NCBI GenBank assembly: GCA_963818475.1
Contig: CAWFSF010000006.1
Coordinates: forward strand, 2,208,001 to 2,272,000
Origin: Nitrospirota bacterium
Lineage (GTDB): Bacteria; Nitrospirota; UBA9217
Direction: 5' to 3'
Length of the DNA: 64,000 bases
The translations under genes and the position numbers were made by a program. The notes below the pieces were generated by a model. It was not told the DNA's origin. It worked only from the letters and a program-made list of their open reading frames with translations, and searched no databases. Shown piece after piece: positions 18,204 through 30,342 of this stretch (position 1 is its first letter; each line of letters begins with the position of its first letter).

Positions 18204-21200
18204 TCATTCCGAACTCCTACTCCGCACTTTCCTCAGTTCCCGTTCCTTCCAGATCACGTAGATCGCCGGATATATGATGAGCTCCAGGATGGTCGAGGTG
18301 ATGACGCCGCCGACCATGGGCGCGGCAATGCGCTTCATCACGTCGGCGCCGGTGCCGGTCGACAGCATGATCGGCACCAATCCGGCCAGTATCACCGACA
18401 CGGTCATGATCTTGGGCCGGATGCGTTTCACCGCCCCTTCCATGACGGAATCCTCGATATCGCGCAGCGTTTTGATCCTCCCGTCCTTGTGCCATTGGTT
18501 GTACGACAGATCGAGATAGAGCAGCATCACGATGCCGGTCTCCGCATCGAGCCCGGCCAGGGCGATCACACCGACCCAGACGGCAGTGCTCATGTGATAA
18601 CCCAGCAGGTACAGGAACCAGACCGTGCCGACCAGCGAGAACGGCACCGCCAGCAGCACAATAGCGGTCTTGGTCCACGATGCGGTGTTGAGATAGATCA
18701 GCACGATGATGAGGAGGAGCGTGAGCGGTATCACGTAAAAGAGCTTAGCCTTCACGCTCTCCATGTACTCGTACTGGCCTGACCAGAGGAGCGAATACCC
18801 TGCTGGTATTTTTATTTTTTCCGCGATCGCCTTCCGCGCCTTTTCCACGTAGCCGCCGAAATCGCTTCCCTCGATATTCAGCGTCACCGCCGCCGTAAGC
18901 CTGCCGCCCTCGCTCTGCACCATGCCCGGCCCGCGCGTTACCCGAATATCGGTCAGCTGGCCAAGCGGCACCTGGGCTCCCTCCATCACCGGGACCAGCA
19001 CCCGTTTGAGCTTCTCCACGTCGTCGCGCAGTTCGCGTCCGTATCGGACGTTGACGGGATAGCGTTCCCGGCCTTCCACCGTGGTCGTTAAATTCATGCC
19101 TCCGATGGCTGACTGGATCACTTCCTGCACATCCTCGATCCTGAGATCGTAGCGGGAGATCTCGTCGCGGTTGATCGTGAAATCGAGGAAATATCCCGTA
19201 TTCGCCCGTTCGGCATAGACCGCTCGCGTACCGGGCACCTCGCGCAGGACCTTCTCCACATCCAGCCCGATGCGTTCTATTTCATCCAGTTTCGGACCGA
19301 AGATCTTGAGGCCCAGCGGGGTCCTGATGCCTGTGGAAAGCATATCGATCCTGCCGATGATCGGCATGGTCCAGTTGTTGCCCACTCCGGGGATCGCGAT
19401 CGCAGCATCAAGCTCGTCGCGCAAATCCTCCCACTTCTTGAACTGGGGACGCCACTCGCTCAGGGGCCTGAGCGTTACATTGGTCTCGATCATCTCGAGC
19501 GGCGCCGGGTCTGTCGGTGTTTCCGCTCGGCCGGCCTTGCCGAAGACCTGCTTCACCTCGGGAAACTGCTTCATGATCCGGTTCTGGGCCTGGAGGATGC
19601 CGGACATGGTCGTTATTGATGCGCCGGGGACCGCTGTGGGCATGAACAAAAGGGTGCCTTCGTAGAGGGGCGGCATGAACTCCGATCCGAGCTGCAGGAA
19701 CGGAAGGATCGTGATCAGCACGATTACGATGGCAACGATGATCACGGTCTTTCTGAACCGGAGCGAGAACTCCGCCACCGGATGATAGATCCTGGCCAGG
19801 AAATGGCTGATCGGATTATCGTCCTCATGCCTGATCTTCCCCTTGATGAACAGGGTCATCAAAACCGGCGTGAGCGTGATCGCCAGAAAGCTCGCGAACA
19901 GCATGGAGAACGTCTTGGTATAGGCAAGGGGTTTGAACAGCCGTCCGGCCTGGTCCTCGAGCGTAAAGACCGGCAGGAACCCGACGGTGATCACCAGAAG
20001 CGAGAAAAAGAGCGACGGCCCCACTTCCTGCGCCGCCTGGATGATCACGTCAACACGGGAACCGTGGACACGGCCCGTCCGTTCCCACTCCTCCAGTTTC
20101 TTATGCGCGTTTTCGACCATGATGATCGAGGCGTCGACCATGGCGCCGATGGCGATGGCAATGCCGGAGAGGCTCATGATGTTCGAGCTGATCCCCAGAT
20201 AGTACATGCAGATAAAGGAGATGAGGATGGCGATCGGCAGCGTCAGGATAACCACGAAGGCGCTGGGCAGATGGAACAGAAAGACGAAGCAGACCACGCT
20301 CACTGCCAGACCGAGCTTGACGATTTCTTCCTTGAGCGTATCGACCGACCGGTGGATCAGCTCCGACCGGTCATAGGTGGTGACGATCTTCACGCCTTCG
20401 GGCAGCGAAGGTTCGATCTCCTTGATCCGGGCCTTGACGCGGTCGATGACGGACAGCACGTTCTCGCCGAACCGGACGACCACGATGCCGCCCACGGCCT
20501 CTCCCCTGCCGTCAAGGTCGGCGGCGCCGCGCCTGATCTCGGGGCCGAGCTGTACCGCCGCGATATCGCGCAGCAGGATCGGGCGTGCCCTTGCCGTCGG
20601 TGCCGACAGCGATCTTTTCAATGTCTGCCTTGTCTTTGATATAGCCGCGGCCGCGCACCATATACTCCCGGCCGGACCACTCCACCACCCTGCCCTCGAC
20701 GTCCCGGTTGCTCCTCCGGACCGCTTCCATCACCTTCATCAGCGAGAGTTTGTAGGCAAAGAGCCGGTTCGGGTCAACGGTGATCTGGTACTGTTTCACG
20801 AAACCGCCCACGCTCGCGACCTGGGACACGCCCGGCACGGATTCGACAGCGTACTTGAGGGTCCAGTCCTGGAGCGAACGGAGCTGGGCAAGGTCGTGTT
20901 TGCCGGTCTCGTCCGTGACGGCGTACTGGAAGCCCCAGCCTACCCCGGTGGCATCAGGGCCGAGCACGGGCGTCACTCCCTGGGGAAGCCTGCCGGCCAC
21001 GCCCTGGAGATATTCAAGCACCCGGCTCCGCGCCCAGTAGATGTCGGTGCCGTCTTCGAAGATCACATACACGAAGGACAGGCCAAGGAAGGACTTGCCG
21101 CGCACCACGCGTACCTTGGGCGCCGAAAGCATGGACGACACGATGGGGTAGGTGATCTGGTCCTCGACCAGGTCCGGGCTCCTGCCTGCCCATTCGGTGA

Positions 21201-21348
21201 AGACGATCACCTGCGCGTCGGAGAGATCGGGTATCGCATCGAGGGGCGTATGGTAAACGGCCCAGACGCCCCACGCGGTCAGGAAACCCACGACGAGGAA
21301 GACGAGGAATTTATTCCGGGCGGAGAGTTCTATTATTTTCGCAAGCAT
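18204..21348 (-). CDS. cusA: CusA-family heavy-metal RND efflux permease (frameshift near 20590)
   Basis: PLDAIPDLSD, GPDATGVGW, NIMSLSGIAIAIGAMVD, GSEFMPPL, RIAAPMVGG. Confidence 0.92.
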
Positions 21349-21543
21349 CTAGCGCTCCATCCATAACAAGAGAAAATGACAAACCCTTTCACCGCGAAGG
21401 CGCGAAGGTCGCGGGGAAAGCTTATGAAGCTTGAATTAAGGCAATATCCTTTGTTTTTGAAGTCCTCGCGCTCTTCGCGCCTTCGCGGTAAATGCTTTCG
21501 CTTTTCATTCCGCAATCCGCAATCCGAAATCCGCAATAGAAGC

Positions 21544-22716
21544 TTATTGTCCGCTCCTCAGCTGGCTCTCGGAGTCGATCAGAAAATTGCCGGAGGTCAC
21601 GACGCGTTCGCCCTTTTTTATGCCTTTGACCACTTCGACGTCATTTTCACCGCGTACGCCGAGCATCACGGTGCGCATCTCGTAAACGCCGGGCTTTGTC
21701 TCAACATAGACGATCTGGCGCGTGCCGGAATCGATCACCGCTTCCCGGGGAATGACCAGACGCGAGCCCGAGGCAAGCCTGATCTCCACGTTGACGAACA
21801 TGTCCGGTTTAAGGAGCAGCCCGGGATTGTTCACCGCGATGCGCACCTTGACCGTTCTCGTCATAGGATCGAGCACCGGGTTGATATAGCTCACCTCGGC
21901 GTGCAGCACTTCGTTCGAGGAGTACGGCAGGGTGACCCGCGCCTGCTGTCCGACCTTCACCAGGGGAACCTCGTATTCGTAGATATCTGCGATGATCCAG
22001 ACCCGGGACAGGTCCGCGATCTTGTACAGGTTCATGCCGGAAGTGACGTAGGCGCCGTCGAACACCATTTTTTCGAGTACAATGCCGCTTAAGGGCGCCT
22101 CGATGGTCATGTCGGTCTGGCGCTTATCAGCTTTCTCGAGCTCCTCGATCTGGCGGGGTGATATATCCCACAGCAGCAGCCGCCGCTTCGCTGATTCAGC
22201 CAAGGATCGCTGCGACGATTCCACTTCCGGAAGGCCGCCCGTACCGGTCGACAGGGAACGCAGCGCCAGGAGATACTCTTCCTGGGCGGTCACGAGGTCC
22301 GGGCTGTAGATCGAAAGCAGCGGCTGGCCTTTCTCGACCCGGTCGCCGGTAAAATTCACGTACAGTTTTTTTACCCATCCCGAGATCTTTGTGTTCACGA
22401 AGGCGAGCCGGGTCTCATCGACCTCCACTTTTCCGACCGTGCGGATCTGCTTGTCCAGCGAACGGTACGCGGCAACCGCTGTGCGAACACCGATGAGTTG
22501 CACCTTGTCGGGCGTGAGCGTGATGACAGGAGCTGCTGTTTGTTTTTTCTCAACCGTTCCCTGGCCCCTGGCAGTCCCCTGACCCTGCTGATGTCCTGCA
22601 TGGTCCTGGGAAAACACAGGAACACCATACAGGCTCGCAACGAGAACGACCATTAATATGCGCATTATGCCCGTCATTCCGCAATCCGCATTCCGCAATC
22701 CGCATTTCTTACTCAT
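21544..22716 (-). CDS. cusB: CusB-family RND periplasmic adaptor
   Basis: GWVKKLY, IYSPDLVTAQEEYL, SGNFLIDSESQL. Confidence 0.9.
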   Translation of the reverse strand: MSKKCGLRNADCGMTGIMRILMVVLVASLYGVPVFSQDHAGHQQGQGTARGQGTVEKKQTAAPVITLTPDKVQLIGVRTAVAAYRSLDKQIRTVGKVEVDETRLAFVNTKISGWVKKLYVNFTGDRVEKGQPLLSIYSPDLVTAQEEYLLALRSLSTGTGGLPEVESSQRSLAESAKRRLLLWDISPRQIEELEKADKRQTDMTIEAPLSGIVLEKMVFDGAYVTSGMNLYKIADLSRVWIIADIYEYEVPLVKVGQQARVTLPYSSNEVLHAEVSYINPVLDPMTRTVKVRIAVNNPGLLLKPDMFVNVEIRLASGSRLVIPREAVIDSGTRQIVYVETKPGVYEMRTVMLGVRGENDVEVVKGIKKGERVVTSGNFLIDSESQLRSGQ

Positions 22717-23956
22717 GTTCTTCCCCCGTGATCTCCCCGAGCATGGACTGGGCCTTGCTCAGGTTCACCAGCTCCTCCTGTTCCATGAGCTGGTATTTGA
22801 GCAGCGTGTTCTCTGCCTCGAGCAGCGACATGAAATCGGTCTTTCCCACCTGGTAGTTCGACGAGGTGGACTGAAGCGCCATCCGTGCCTGGGGAATGAT
22901 CCCGGATTCGTACAAGTGGACGTGATGCTCCGCGGTATTCACCATGGCATAGAGGTCACGCATACGGGCCAGAGTGGCAAGTTTTTCCGCTTCATACTCG
23001 TACCGCGCCGCATGCAGGTCGGCGTTCGCAGCCCTAACGCCCGTAGACTTGTTCCAGAAATAGAGCGGGACCTTGAACATCAGGCTTGCCTGCCAGACGT
23101 CCTTGAAGTCTCCTCGCGTGAACATGCCGGCGGACACCACCATGTCGGGCAGATATTCCCTGCGGCTCATCGACAGCTCCTCTTCGCTCTGCTCGACCAT
23201 CTGCTGCTTGCCCTTGAGCATAGGTGAATGGGCCTGGACCTGAGCCGCCATTTCATCCAGGCTTTTGTTCAGTGCACGGCGGGGCGGTTCTGCAGGCTTC
23301 CCCAGCGGCATCAGCGGGTTCCGGCCCACGAGGCTGCTGATCAGTGCGGCCTGGGTCTCTTTTTTCCGGTCCTCTTCCGCGACCTTGTCCAGAAGCATGG
23401 AAACCTCAAGCTGCGCCCTGATCACATCCTGCTGCATGCCCTGACCGGTCGCATAGCGGGTTTCGGCGATACGCTGAAAATTTTTCATGAGCTCTTTGGT
23501 CTCATTCAGGATCTCTGCGGACCGGTATGCCAAAAAGTACTCATAGTAAGCAGTCCTTAAACTGTTCAGCACCCTGAGTCTGGTCTCCCGGGAATTTTCC
23601 TGCTCCCGACCCGCCATTTTTGCAGCAGCCCTGCCCTTGACAGACAGCTTGCCCGGGAACGGGATCTCCTGCGTGAACACCACGCCCTGCATGCTCATTT
23701 CTTCCTTGCCCACGGTCGAGGTGCCGAGAGCGCCGACATTCTGGATCATGACGCCTACCATGGGGTCCGGCATGGCGGAAGCGAGCGATTTCCGCTCATC
23801 GGCAGCCTCGGCTTTTTTCACGCCCATACTGATCTCGGGATTATTATTCAGCGCCTCCAGCTCCAGGTCCTTGAGTGTAACACCGACCTCCTGAGATGGA
23901 GCGTTTACGGGCAGGAAAACTGCAAAAAAAATAAATACGTATACCAGGTTCCGCAT
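22709..23956 (-). CDS. cusC: TolC/CusC-family outer-membrane efflux protein
   Basis: NNPEI, MPDPM, QEIPFPGKL, RYATG..QQDV. Confidence 0.85.
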   Translation of the reverse strand: MRNLVYVFIFFAVFLPVNAPSQEVGVTLKDLELEALNNNPEISMGVKKAEAADERKSLASAMPDPMVGVMIQNVGALGTSTVGKEEMSMQGVVFTQEIPFPGKLSVKGRAAAKMAGREQENSRETRLRVLNSLRTAYYEYFLAYRSAEILNETKELMKNFQRIAETRYATGQGMQQDVIRAQLEVSMLLDKVAEEDRKKETQAALISSLVGRNPLMPLGKPAEPPRRALNKSLDEMAAQVQAHSPMLKGKQQMVEQSEEELSMSRREYLPDMVVSAGMFTRGDFKDVWQASLMFKVPLYFWNKSTGVRAANADLHAARYEYEAEKLATLARMRDLYAMVNTAEHHVHLYESGIIPQARMALQSTSSNYQVGKTDFMSLLEAENTLLKYQLMEQEELVNLSKAQSMLGEITGEEHE

Positions 23957-23980
23957 TGCGTGCCTCCTGTCCAATACTAT

Positions 23981-23996
23981 AGCAAGGCGTGCGCCA
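23981..23996 (-). promoter_or_regulatory. sigma54 (-24/-12) promoter of cusCBA
   Basis: TGGCGC-ACGCC-TTGCT, 25 nt upstream of the start. Confidence 0.7.
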
Positions 23997-24169
23997 AACA
24001 GCGCAATTGCTAATATTTAGATTATATAATAAAATCAGCAGAATAGAGATGAAATTCGAGGAAGAATATGCAAGATTGGAGCGTCTGCTCAAAGCAGTGT
24101 AGTATTTCATACAGCTGTATATAGCACGGCTTTTGCTTTCGGGGTACAAAAAGTCGGCGATTCTCCGTC

Positions 24170-24440
24170 GGTGAACTATTGACATCGCCGATACCGCTCT
24201 CAGATATTGTCTCGCCATCTGTCTTGTTTGCCAGAAACAGATAAGGAGTAGTTATACTTAAATCATATCGCGGTGCCACATAGCCAAGCGTCGGTGAGAC
24301 GTAGTACAATTCCGACCTCGTCGGCGTGCCGAAATCTCCCGTCTTATACCCGCCGGTCATTTCTAGATAGGAACGCCCCTCCTCCGCACCGGCTGCAAGC
24401 GGCGACAATAAAATCAGCAGCAGTGCAACGACCCCGTGAA
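24170..24440 (-). pseudogene. Truncated outer-membrane (transporter/porin-like) protein
   Basis: Signal peptide + GGYKTGDFGT..LSITTPYL..SGIGDV, then loses coding character. Confidence 0.5.
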
Positions 24441-24561
24441 CGACTGGAAAGTAATCCCGCGCCCCGCCCACAAAACCTCCGAATGCACTCCTTCTGAGCT
24501 TTCTCTGACAGGAGTCTTTTCTGTTCCGGCCTCCCCGTCCATGCACGGGTCGTTACATTTT

Positions 24562-24999
24562 TTATTTAGCACTCTTTTGCATTGCATCCAGTTTTTGGTT
24601 CATTATCTGCAAATTTTCATGCATCTTCTTGACCGTGCCTTGGTCCATCTTCCCCTGCTCCATGTGCATTGCCATCTCGTTCATCTGCCCCGCCATCTCG
24701 CGCATCATCTTGCCCATGTCCTGCATCATGGCATGGTCCGTAACGGTCTTGTGTTCCATCGCGTGGGACATCTTCTGCATCGTTTCGTTCATCTGCTTCA
24801 TCATGCCGGACATGTCGCGCATCATCTCCTGGCTCATCATCTGGCTGCCAATCATTTGCTGGGACTGCTGAGAGCCCATCATGCCTCCGCCGGGCTGTTG
24901 TTGCTGGCCTCCGGTTCCGCCGCTGCCGCCCATCTGGGCAAATGCCGCCGACACCGCCAAACCAATTAACGCTGCTGTTACTACCAGGATCTTTTTCAT
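24562..24999 (-). CDS. Periplasmic Met-rich protein, probable Cu(I) binding
   Basis: Signal peptide (AFA); extreme Met density in helical repeats. Confidence 0.8.
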   Translation of the reverse strand: MKKILVVTAALIGLAVSAAFAQMGGSGGTGGQQQQPGGGMMGSQQSQQMIGSQMMSQEMMRDMSGMMKQMNETMQKMSHAMEHKTVTDHAMMQDMGKMMREMAGQMNEMAMHMEQGKMDQGTVKKMHENLQIMNQKLDAMQKSAK

Positions 25000-25060
25000 G
25001 ATTATTTCCTCCTTTAGGGTAAAAAGATATATCAAGTATATCGCGTTTCTTCCTGCATAC

Positions 25061-25450
25061 TTATTTATTTGCTTTTCTCAGACTGGTAATGTAATTAACA
25101 AGATGCCACCGCATCTCCTCCGACAGATCGTTCCCGAACCCTTTCATGGCCGTTCCCGCTACGCCGTCTGCAATAACATGAAACATCTCGCCGTCAGTGC
25201 TGCCGTGAATCCGACCCGGAACCGTTAGATCAGGGCCTATGCCCCCTTTTCCTGCTTCTCCATGACAGGCTACGCAATGCTTCTCATAGAGTCTCCTGCC
25301 TTCGGCAACAGATTTTTTTGTCTTTGCAATGGGATTTTTGATCTTTGCGTATTCCGGGTGCCCATGCTGCTCACGCTTGTGATGTTCTTCTTGAGCCCAC
25401 CCAGTAAGAGACACGAGTAATACTATAAGCAAAAATAAGATATTTCGCAT
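25061..25450 (-). CDS. Monoheme cytochrome c
   Basis: Signal peptide, CVACHG, GPDL, GTAM. Confidence 0.85.
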   Translation of the reverse strand: MRNILFLLIVLLVSLTGWAQEEHHKREQHGHPEYAKIKNPIAKTKKSVAEGRRLYEKHCVACHGEAGKGGIGPDLTVPGRIHGSTDGEMFHVIADGVAGTAMKGFGNDLSEEMRWHLVNYITSLRKANK

Positions 25451-25533
25451 GACCTTGTCTCTTGCCTTTTCATTGCGTACTATCGCTAATTTTATGACTG
25501 ACCTGAGATTTTTATTCAACGACCTCATTAAGT

Positions 25534-26553
25534 TCATCCATGGTCACAAGTGTCGCATACCGCCCATACGAAGAAATGAGCGCCCCATTTCTGTCCGACC
25601 CCTACTGCCCCTTTGCTAAGGTACAAGGCCCACGCCCAGTCGGGCTCGAACATGCTCGTGGTGGATGACCAGTATCCTTCCCTGACTTCCGTGAACGGAT
25701 GCTCTGCCGGCAGCGCGGGAGAGTGCGTGCTGCAGTCCACGAGGGACTCCAGTTCGTTGATATTCGGAAGCCGCCAGACAGCCTCCTTCACGTTTTGATT
25801 CAATTCTGCCACTGCGGCGAGAGCCTGGCTCCACGTTACCTGTTGTCCCGTGAGATCGGCAGTTCGGAGCCAGCAAAGACCGGTAAGCCGGTCTATGACG
25901 GCATCGCCCATGACTTCAAAGCGGGGCGAGGGCCATGCCAGACCGAAGAGAAACTCACCGTCCTGGCCAGTGCCGCCGCAGGGGATATGCCCTCCGCTTG
26001 CATCGTAACACCGCGTCTGTCCGGTGGCAGGGAGCACCCCGTACCCCTGGCCGCGGACCGGCCAGAGCAGAAAGAATTGTTCCTTATTGCCGTAAAACAT
26101 GCGAGCGCCTTCCATTTGAATATACCAGGCATAAGCGGTGTTGATTGCAGCAGTTGTGGACGTCCAGTACCAGCCGGGGAAAACATTCCGAAAAGGATGC
26201 CCCTCGGGCAGGGCAGGCTTCCTGGTCTGATGACTTATAAGGCTTCTGAGCTCCCGGCGGTTCGGAAGTCGCCAGTCCGAGCAGCCGAAGGTCCTTTCGC
26301 GATTCATCCCGGCAATGTAGTTCAACGCTTCCTGCCAGGCCATGGGAAATTCGGTAAGGTTTGCATCCATTGCCCAGATGAGGCCGGTGAGACGGTCGAG
26401 CACGGTATCGCACTCCGGTTCGAAACGCGGAACAGGCCAGGGAAAGCCTTTCCTGTACTCACCGTCCTGACCGCTGCCGGGACAGGGGATTTCATTTCCC
26501 GCAGTATCGTGGCAGGTGATCTGGCCTGTATCAAGGTATGTCCTGATCTTCAT
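25534..26553 (-). CDS. Tandem DUF1566 (Lcl) domain protein
   Basis: Two repeats TGQ.TC.D..G..IPC.G.GQDG, DRLTGL.W, WRLPN..EL.SL, YW.STT. Confidence 0.85.
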   Translation of the reverse strand: MKIRTYLDTGQITCHDTAGNEIPCPGSGQDGEYRKGFPWPVPRFEPECDTVLDRLTGLIWAMDANLTEFPMAWQEALNYIAGMNRERTFGCSDWRLPNRRELRSLISHQTRKPALPEGHPFRNVFPGWYWTSTTAAINTAYAWYIQMEGARMFYGNKEQFFLLWPVRGQGYGVLPATGQTRCYDASGGHIPCGGTGQDGEFLFGLAWPSPRFEVMGDAVIDRLTGLCWLRTADLTGQQVTWSQALAAVAELNQNVKEAVWRLPNINELESLVDCSTHSPALPAEHPFTEVREGYWSSTTSMFEPDWAWALYLSKGAVGVGQKWGAHFFVWAVCDTCDHG

Positions 26554-26630
26554 AATAAAAGAATCGCGGTAGACAACGCGAATAGCATGCAAACACGGAG
26601 GCCTTGTTCCCGGACAATCATGCCTCCCAC

Positions 26631-29047
26631 TTATATTCTCGCCCTCTTGAGACGCAGGGCGTTCCCGATCACCGACACGGAGCTGAAGCTCATTGCAGCG
26701 GCTGCGAAGATCGGGCTGAGCAGGATGCCGAGGAACGGGTAGAGCACTCCCGCTGCTACAGGGATGCCCAGGGAGTTGTAAACAAAGGCGAAGAACAGGT
26801 TCTGTTTGATGTTCTTCATCGTGGCCCGGGAGAGGAGCCGCGCGCGCAGGATCCCGCGAAGGTCGCCTTTGACGAGCGTCACACCCGCGCTCTTCATGGC
26901 CACATCCGTGCCGGTCCCCATGGCTATGCCGACCTGAGCCTGGGCCAGAGCCGGTGCGTCGTTAATACCGTCGCCTGCCATTGCCACAAACCGTCCTTCG
27001 CTCTGGAACCGCTTCACGACATCTGCTTTCTGGTCCGGCAGCACTTCGGCGACCACGTCGTCTATGCCCAGCTTTCTTCGCCACCGTTTCGGCGGTGGTC
27101 CTGTTGTCGCCCGTGAGCATCACGATCCGGATGCCGTCGTCATGAAGAGCTTTAATTGCTTCGAGCGTTGTTTCCTTTATCGGATCGGCCACACCCAGAA
27201 GTCCGGCTGCTTTTCCGTCAACGGCGACGAACATCACGGTCTGGCCGTCCTTCCGCAGGTCCTCGGCCTTCACGGATAATCCGCCAGGATCGATGCGAAG
27301 CTCATCGAGCAGCGCACGGTTGCCGAGCGCGACAGCATGACCGTCCACCTTGCCGACGACTCCTTTACCGGTCTTGGATTGGAAGTCCTCGGCATTCTTC
27401 GGGCGTGACGCCTTTTTCCTGTGCGCCGGCCACGATGGCTGCCGCAAGGGGATGTTCGCTGCCCCGCTCAATGCTCGACGCGTACAGGAGCAGCGACTTC
27501 TCGTCGTATCCGTCATTCGAAACCACAGAATTCAATTTCGGCTTCCCCACCGTAAGCGTTCCGGTCTTGTCCACCACGAGGGTGTCCACTTTTCTCATCA
27601 GCTCGATGGCTTCGGCGTTCTTGAACAGCACGCCGCCTGTGGCGCCCTTGCCCATGGCGACCATGATGGACACGGGCGTCGCGAGCCCCAGGGCGCAGGG
27701 GCAGGCGATGATCAGGACTGCGACGGCATTCACGAGAGCATAGACAAAGCGGGGCTCGGGCCCGACCCAGGCCCAGACGATGAAGGTGACTATCGCGATC
27801 GCAACCACGATCTGGACAAAATACCCGGCGATGATGTCCGCCAGCTTCTGGATCGGCGCGCGGCTCCGCTGGGCCTCGGCCACCATGTGCACGATCTGCG
27901 CAAGAAGCGTCTCGGAGCCGACCTTCTCGGCCCTCATGATGAGCGAGCCTGTCCCGTTCACGGTGGCGCCGACAACGCGGTCGCCTGCGTGTTTTTCAAC
28001 GGGGATCGGTTCGCCGGTGATCATGGATTCGTCCACGCTGCTGGCTCCCTCTACCACGGCGCCGTCCACGGGGACCTTTTCGCCGGGCCGCACGCGCAAA
28101 AGATCTCCGGGCATTCACCTGCTCGAGCGGGACATCCTCTTCATTTCCGTCCTTCACGCGGCGCGCGGTCTTCGGCGCAAGCCCGAGCAGGGCTTTGATC
28201 GCGGCCCCCGTCTTGCTCCGTGCCCGAAGTTCCAGAACCTGGCCCAGAAGCACGAGCGTCGTAATTACGGCAGCGGCTTCGAAGTAGGTCCCCACTTCGC
28301 CGCTTTTACCACGGAAGGAGGAGGGAAAAATCTGCGGGAACAGAGCGGCTACGATGCTGTATCCGTAGGCCACACCCACGCCGAGGCCGATCAGGGTGAA
28401 CATGTTGGGGTTCCAGGTAACGATCGACTTCCACCCGCGCACGAAGAACGGCCAGCCGCCCCACAGAACCACCGGGGTCGCCAGGATCAGCTCCAGCCAC
28501 TTCAGCATCTCCATGGGAATGAACTTCTCCGGCGAGATTGCAGGGATGTAGCCGCCCATCGCGATATACACCAGCGGGATCGTGAGAACAGTACTGATCT
28601 TGAACCGCCTGGTCATATCGATGAGTTCGGGGTTCTCCTCTTCCTCAAGAGAGACCGTCCTCGGCTCCAGCGCCATGCCGCAGATCGGGCAGCTTCCCGG
28701 CGCATCGCGCACGATCTCCGGATGCATGGGACAGGTCCACTCTGTCTTGGACGAAGCAATAATCGGCTCGACCGGTTCGAGGGCCATACCGCACTTGGGA
28801 CAGGACCCCGGTCCTGGTTGCCGAACCTCTGGGTGCATGGGGCAGGTGAACACTTTCCCGAGTCTGCGGCTCGTCGGTTTTGAGTGGAAGGCCCGCCTTT
28901 CACAACGATGTACGATTCCGGATTTTTGTCAAAATCCTCTTTGCAGGATGGTGAGCAGAAATAATAGGTCATGCCTTTATACGTTGATGTGGCTGCGGCA
29001 TCGGAATCTTCTATAGTCATTCCGCATACAGGATCTTTGACCTTCAT
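26631..29047 (-). CDS. copA: Cu-translocating P1B-type ATPase with YHS and TCPMHP domains (multiple frameshifts)
   Basis: KDPVCGM/YFCS, TCPMHP x2, [41 protein letters not shown]. Confidence 0.92.
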
Positions 29048-29103
29048 CGCTTCCTCCCGTCGCCGGACAGATTAACGTCGTTTGTCTTGTTTGCTGAAAC
29101 CGA

Positions 29104-29817
29104 TTAAAACTTAAACGTCCTCTCTTTCACGCCAGCGACATCCTTTATCACGATCTCTACTTCTTTAACCTTCGGGTTATCGAACTCAATTACGGCAGAC
29201 CGGTGATGCCCCGATCCTTCCCGCGACACTACCTTGCCTTTATATTCTTTGCCGGCTGCCCTGAGAATGACGATTTCGTCGAAGTTATACTTCTCAAGAT
29301 CGACTGAATGCGTTTCGAGGGCCACTTTAAAAGTCGCGGTTCCGTCCATGCTTTCAAGAGAAACCTTCGCCGTAACTCCGGCCTCTGATTTTTCCTGCGT
29401 TTTCTTCGGGCCTCCTGTTTGTTCTTCTTTCGTCGGCTCGGCAGAGGCCGATCCGCCCATCATCCCCTGCATCATCATGCCCTGTGACATCATTCCCATC
29501 ATGTCGGCCATCATCTTGTCCATCTTCTCCTGCATGCCGGACAGCTCCTTCACCAGTTGCTTCTTCTCCGCAGGCTTTACGCCTTCCACGATTTTCTGTT
29601 GGACTTCGATCATCTTCTTCATCGTCTGCATCATGTCCTGCATCATCATGCCGTGGCCCATCATGTTCTTCATCATGGGCATGTGCTCCTGCTCGCAAGG
29701 CATTGTGCCGGGACCTGCCTGACCTTTTTGCTCGCCCATCATGCCGCCCGTCTGTGCATGTGCAGTAATGCTTGACAGAAACAGCATCGCGAAAGCTACT
29801 ATTGTCTTTTTCTTCAT
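29104..29817 (-). CDS. Periplasmic Met-rich protein with C-terminal THSVDL/GHH domain
   Basis: Signal peptide; Met-rich N-half; ETHSVDL and SGHHRS motifs. Confidence 0.75.
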   Translation of the reverse strand: MKKKTIVAFAMLFLSSITAHAQTGGMMGEQKGQAGPGTMPCEQEHMPMMKNMMGHGMMMQDMMQTMKKMIEVQQKIVEGVKPAEKKQLVKELSGMQEKMDKMMADMMGMMSQGMMMQGMMGGSASAEPTKEEQTGGPKKTQEKSEAGVTAKVSLESMDGTATFKVALETHSVDLEKYNFDEIVILRAAGKEYKGKVVSREGSGHHRSAVIEFDNPKVKEVEIVIKDVAGVKERTFKF

Positions 29818-29833
29818 GATATTCCTCCTTTGA

Positions 29834-30064
29834 TTAAGTAAAGTGCCGATGCCCGATCAGTTTATGTCCCAATTTATCTAGACTGTCACTTGTTAGCCTG
29901 ATCAGATCTTCATCAGGCATCTTCGATTCATCGAAAATGACGGCAATCTCTCTCTTTTCGACGTCAATGGATTCTATCCCTTCCATATGGCCGATAAATC
30001 TTCGCAGAGCCAGGGCGCATTCGTCGCAGAATTGATCCTCGACTTTAAACAGAAGCTTTCGCAT
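29834..30064 (-). CDS. HMA-fold (copper chaperone-like) small protein
   Basis: FKVEDQFCDEC..GIESIDV. Confidence 0.7.
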   Translation of the reverse strand: MRKLLFKVEDQFCDECALALRRFIGHMEGIESIDVEKREIAVIFDESKMPDEDLIRLTSDSLDKLGHKLIGHRHFT

Positions 30065-30342
30065 TGTGTTTTCCTCCTAATTCCGGCATGAACATCGGGG
30101 GCACTTCCATGTACCTCCGGTACTCGTCCAGCGTACGAGTATATCCGCTGTCTCCTTTTTCGTCGTAATGCCCACTTAAACTCCTTCCCTGTCACGGGCT
30201 GAAAGGAGCTATGATATCTTGCACAAGGCGTTCTTTGAAAAATGAGAGCTCCTTATACGTATGATTATATACCCTCTTGGAGCTGTTGAAGACGTTCTTG
30301 AATACCCACCTCAGGCCGGATAGTACTTTACTCTCCGGCGTC

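Noticed and set aside
26585-26605. Possible third sigma54 promoter before the DUF1566 gene
   Set aside because: GG-GC spacing is 11 nt rather than the required 10.
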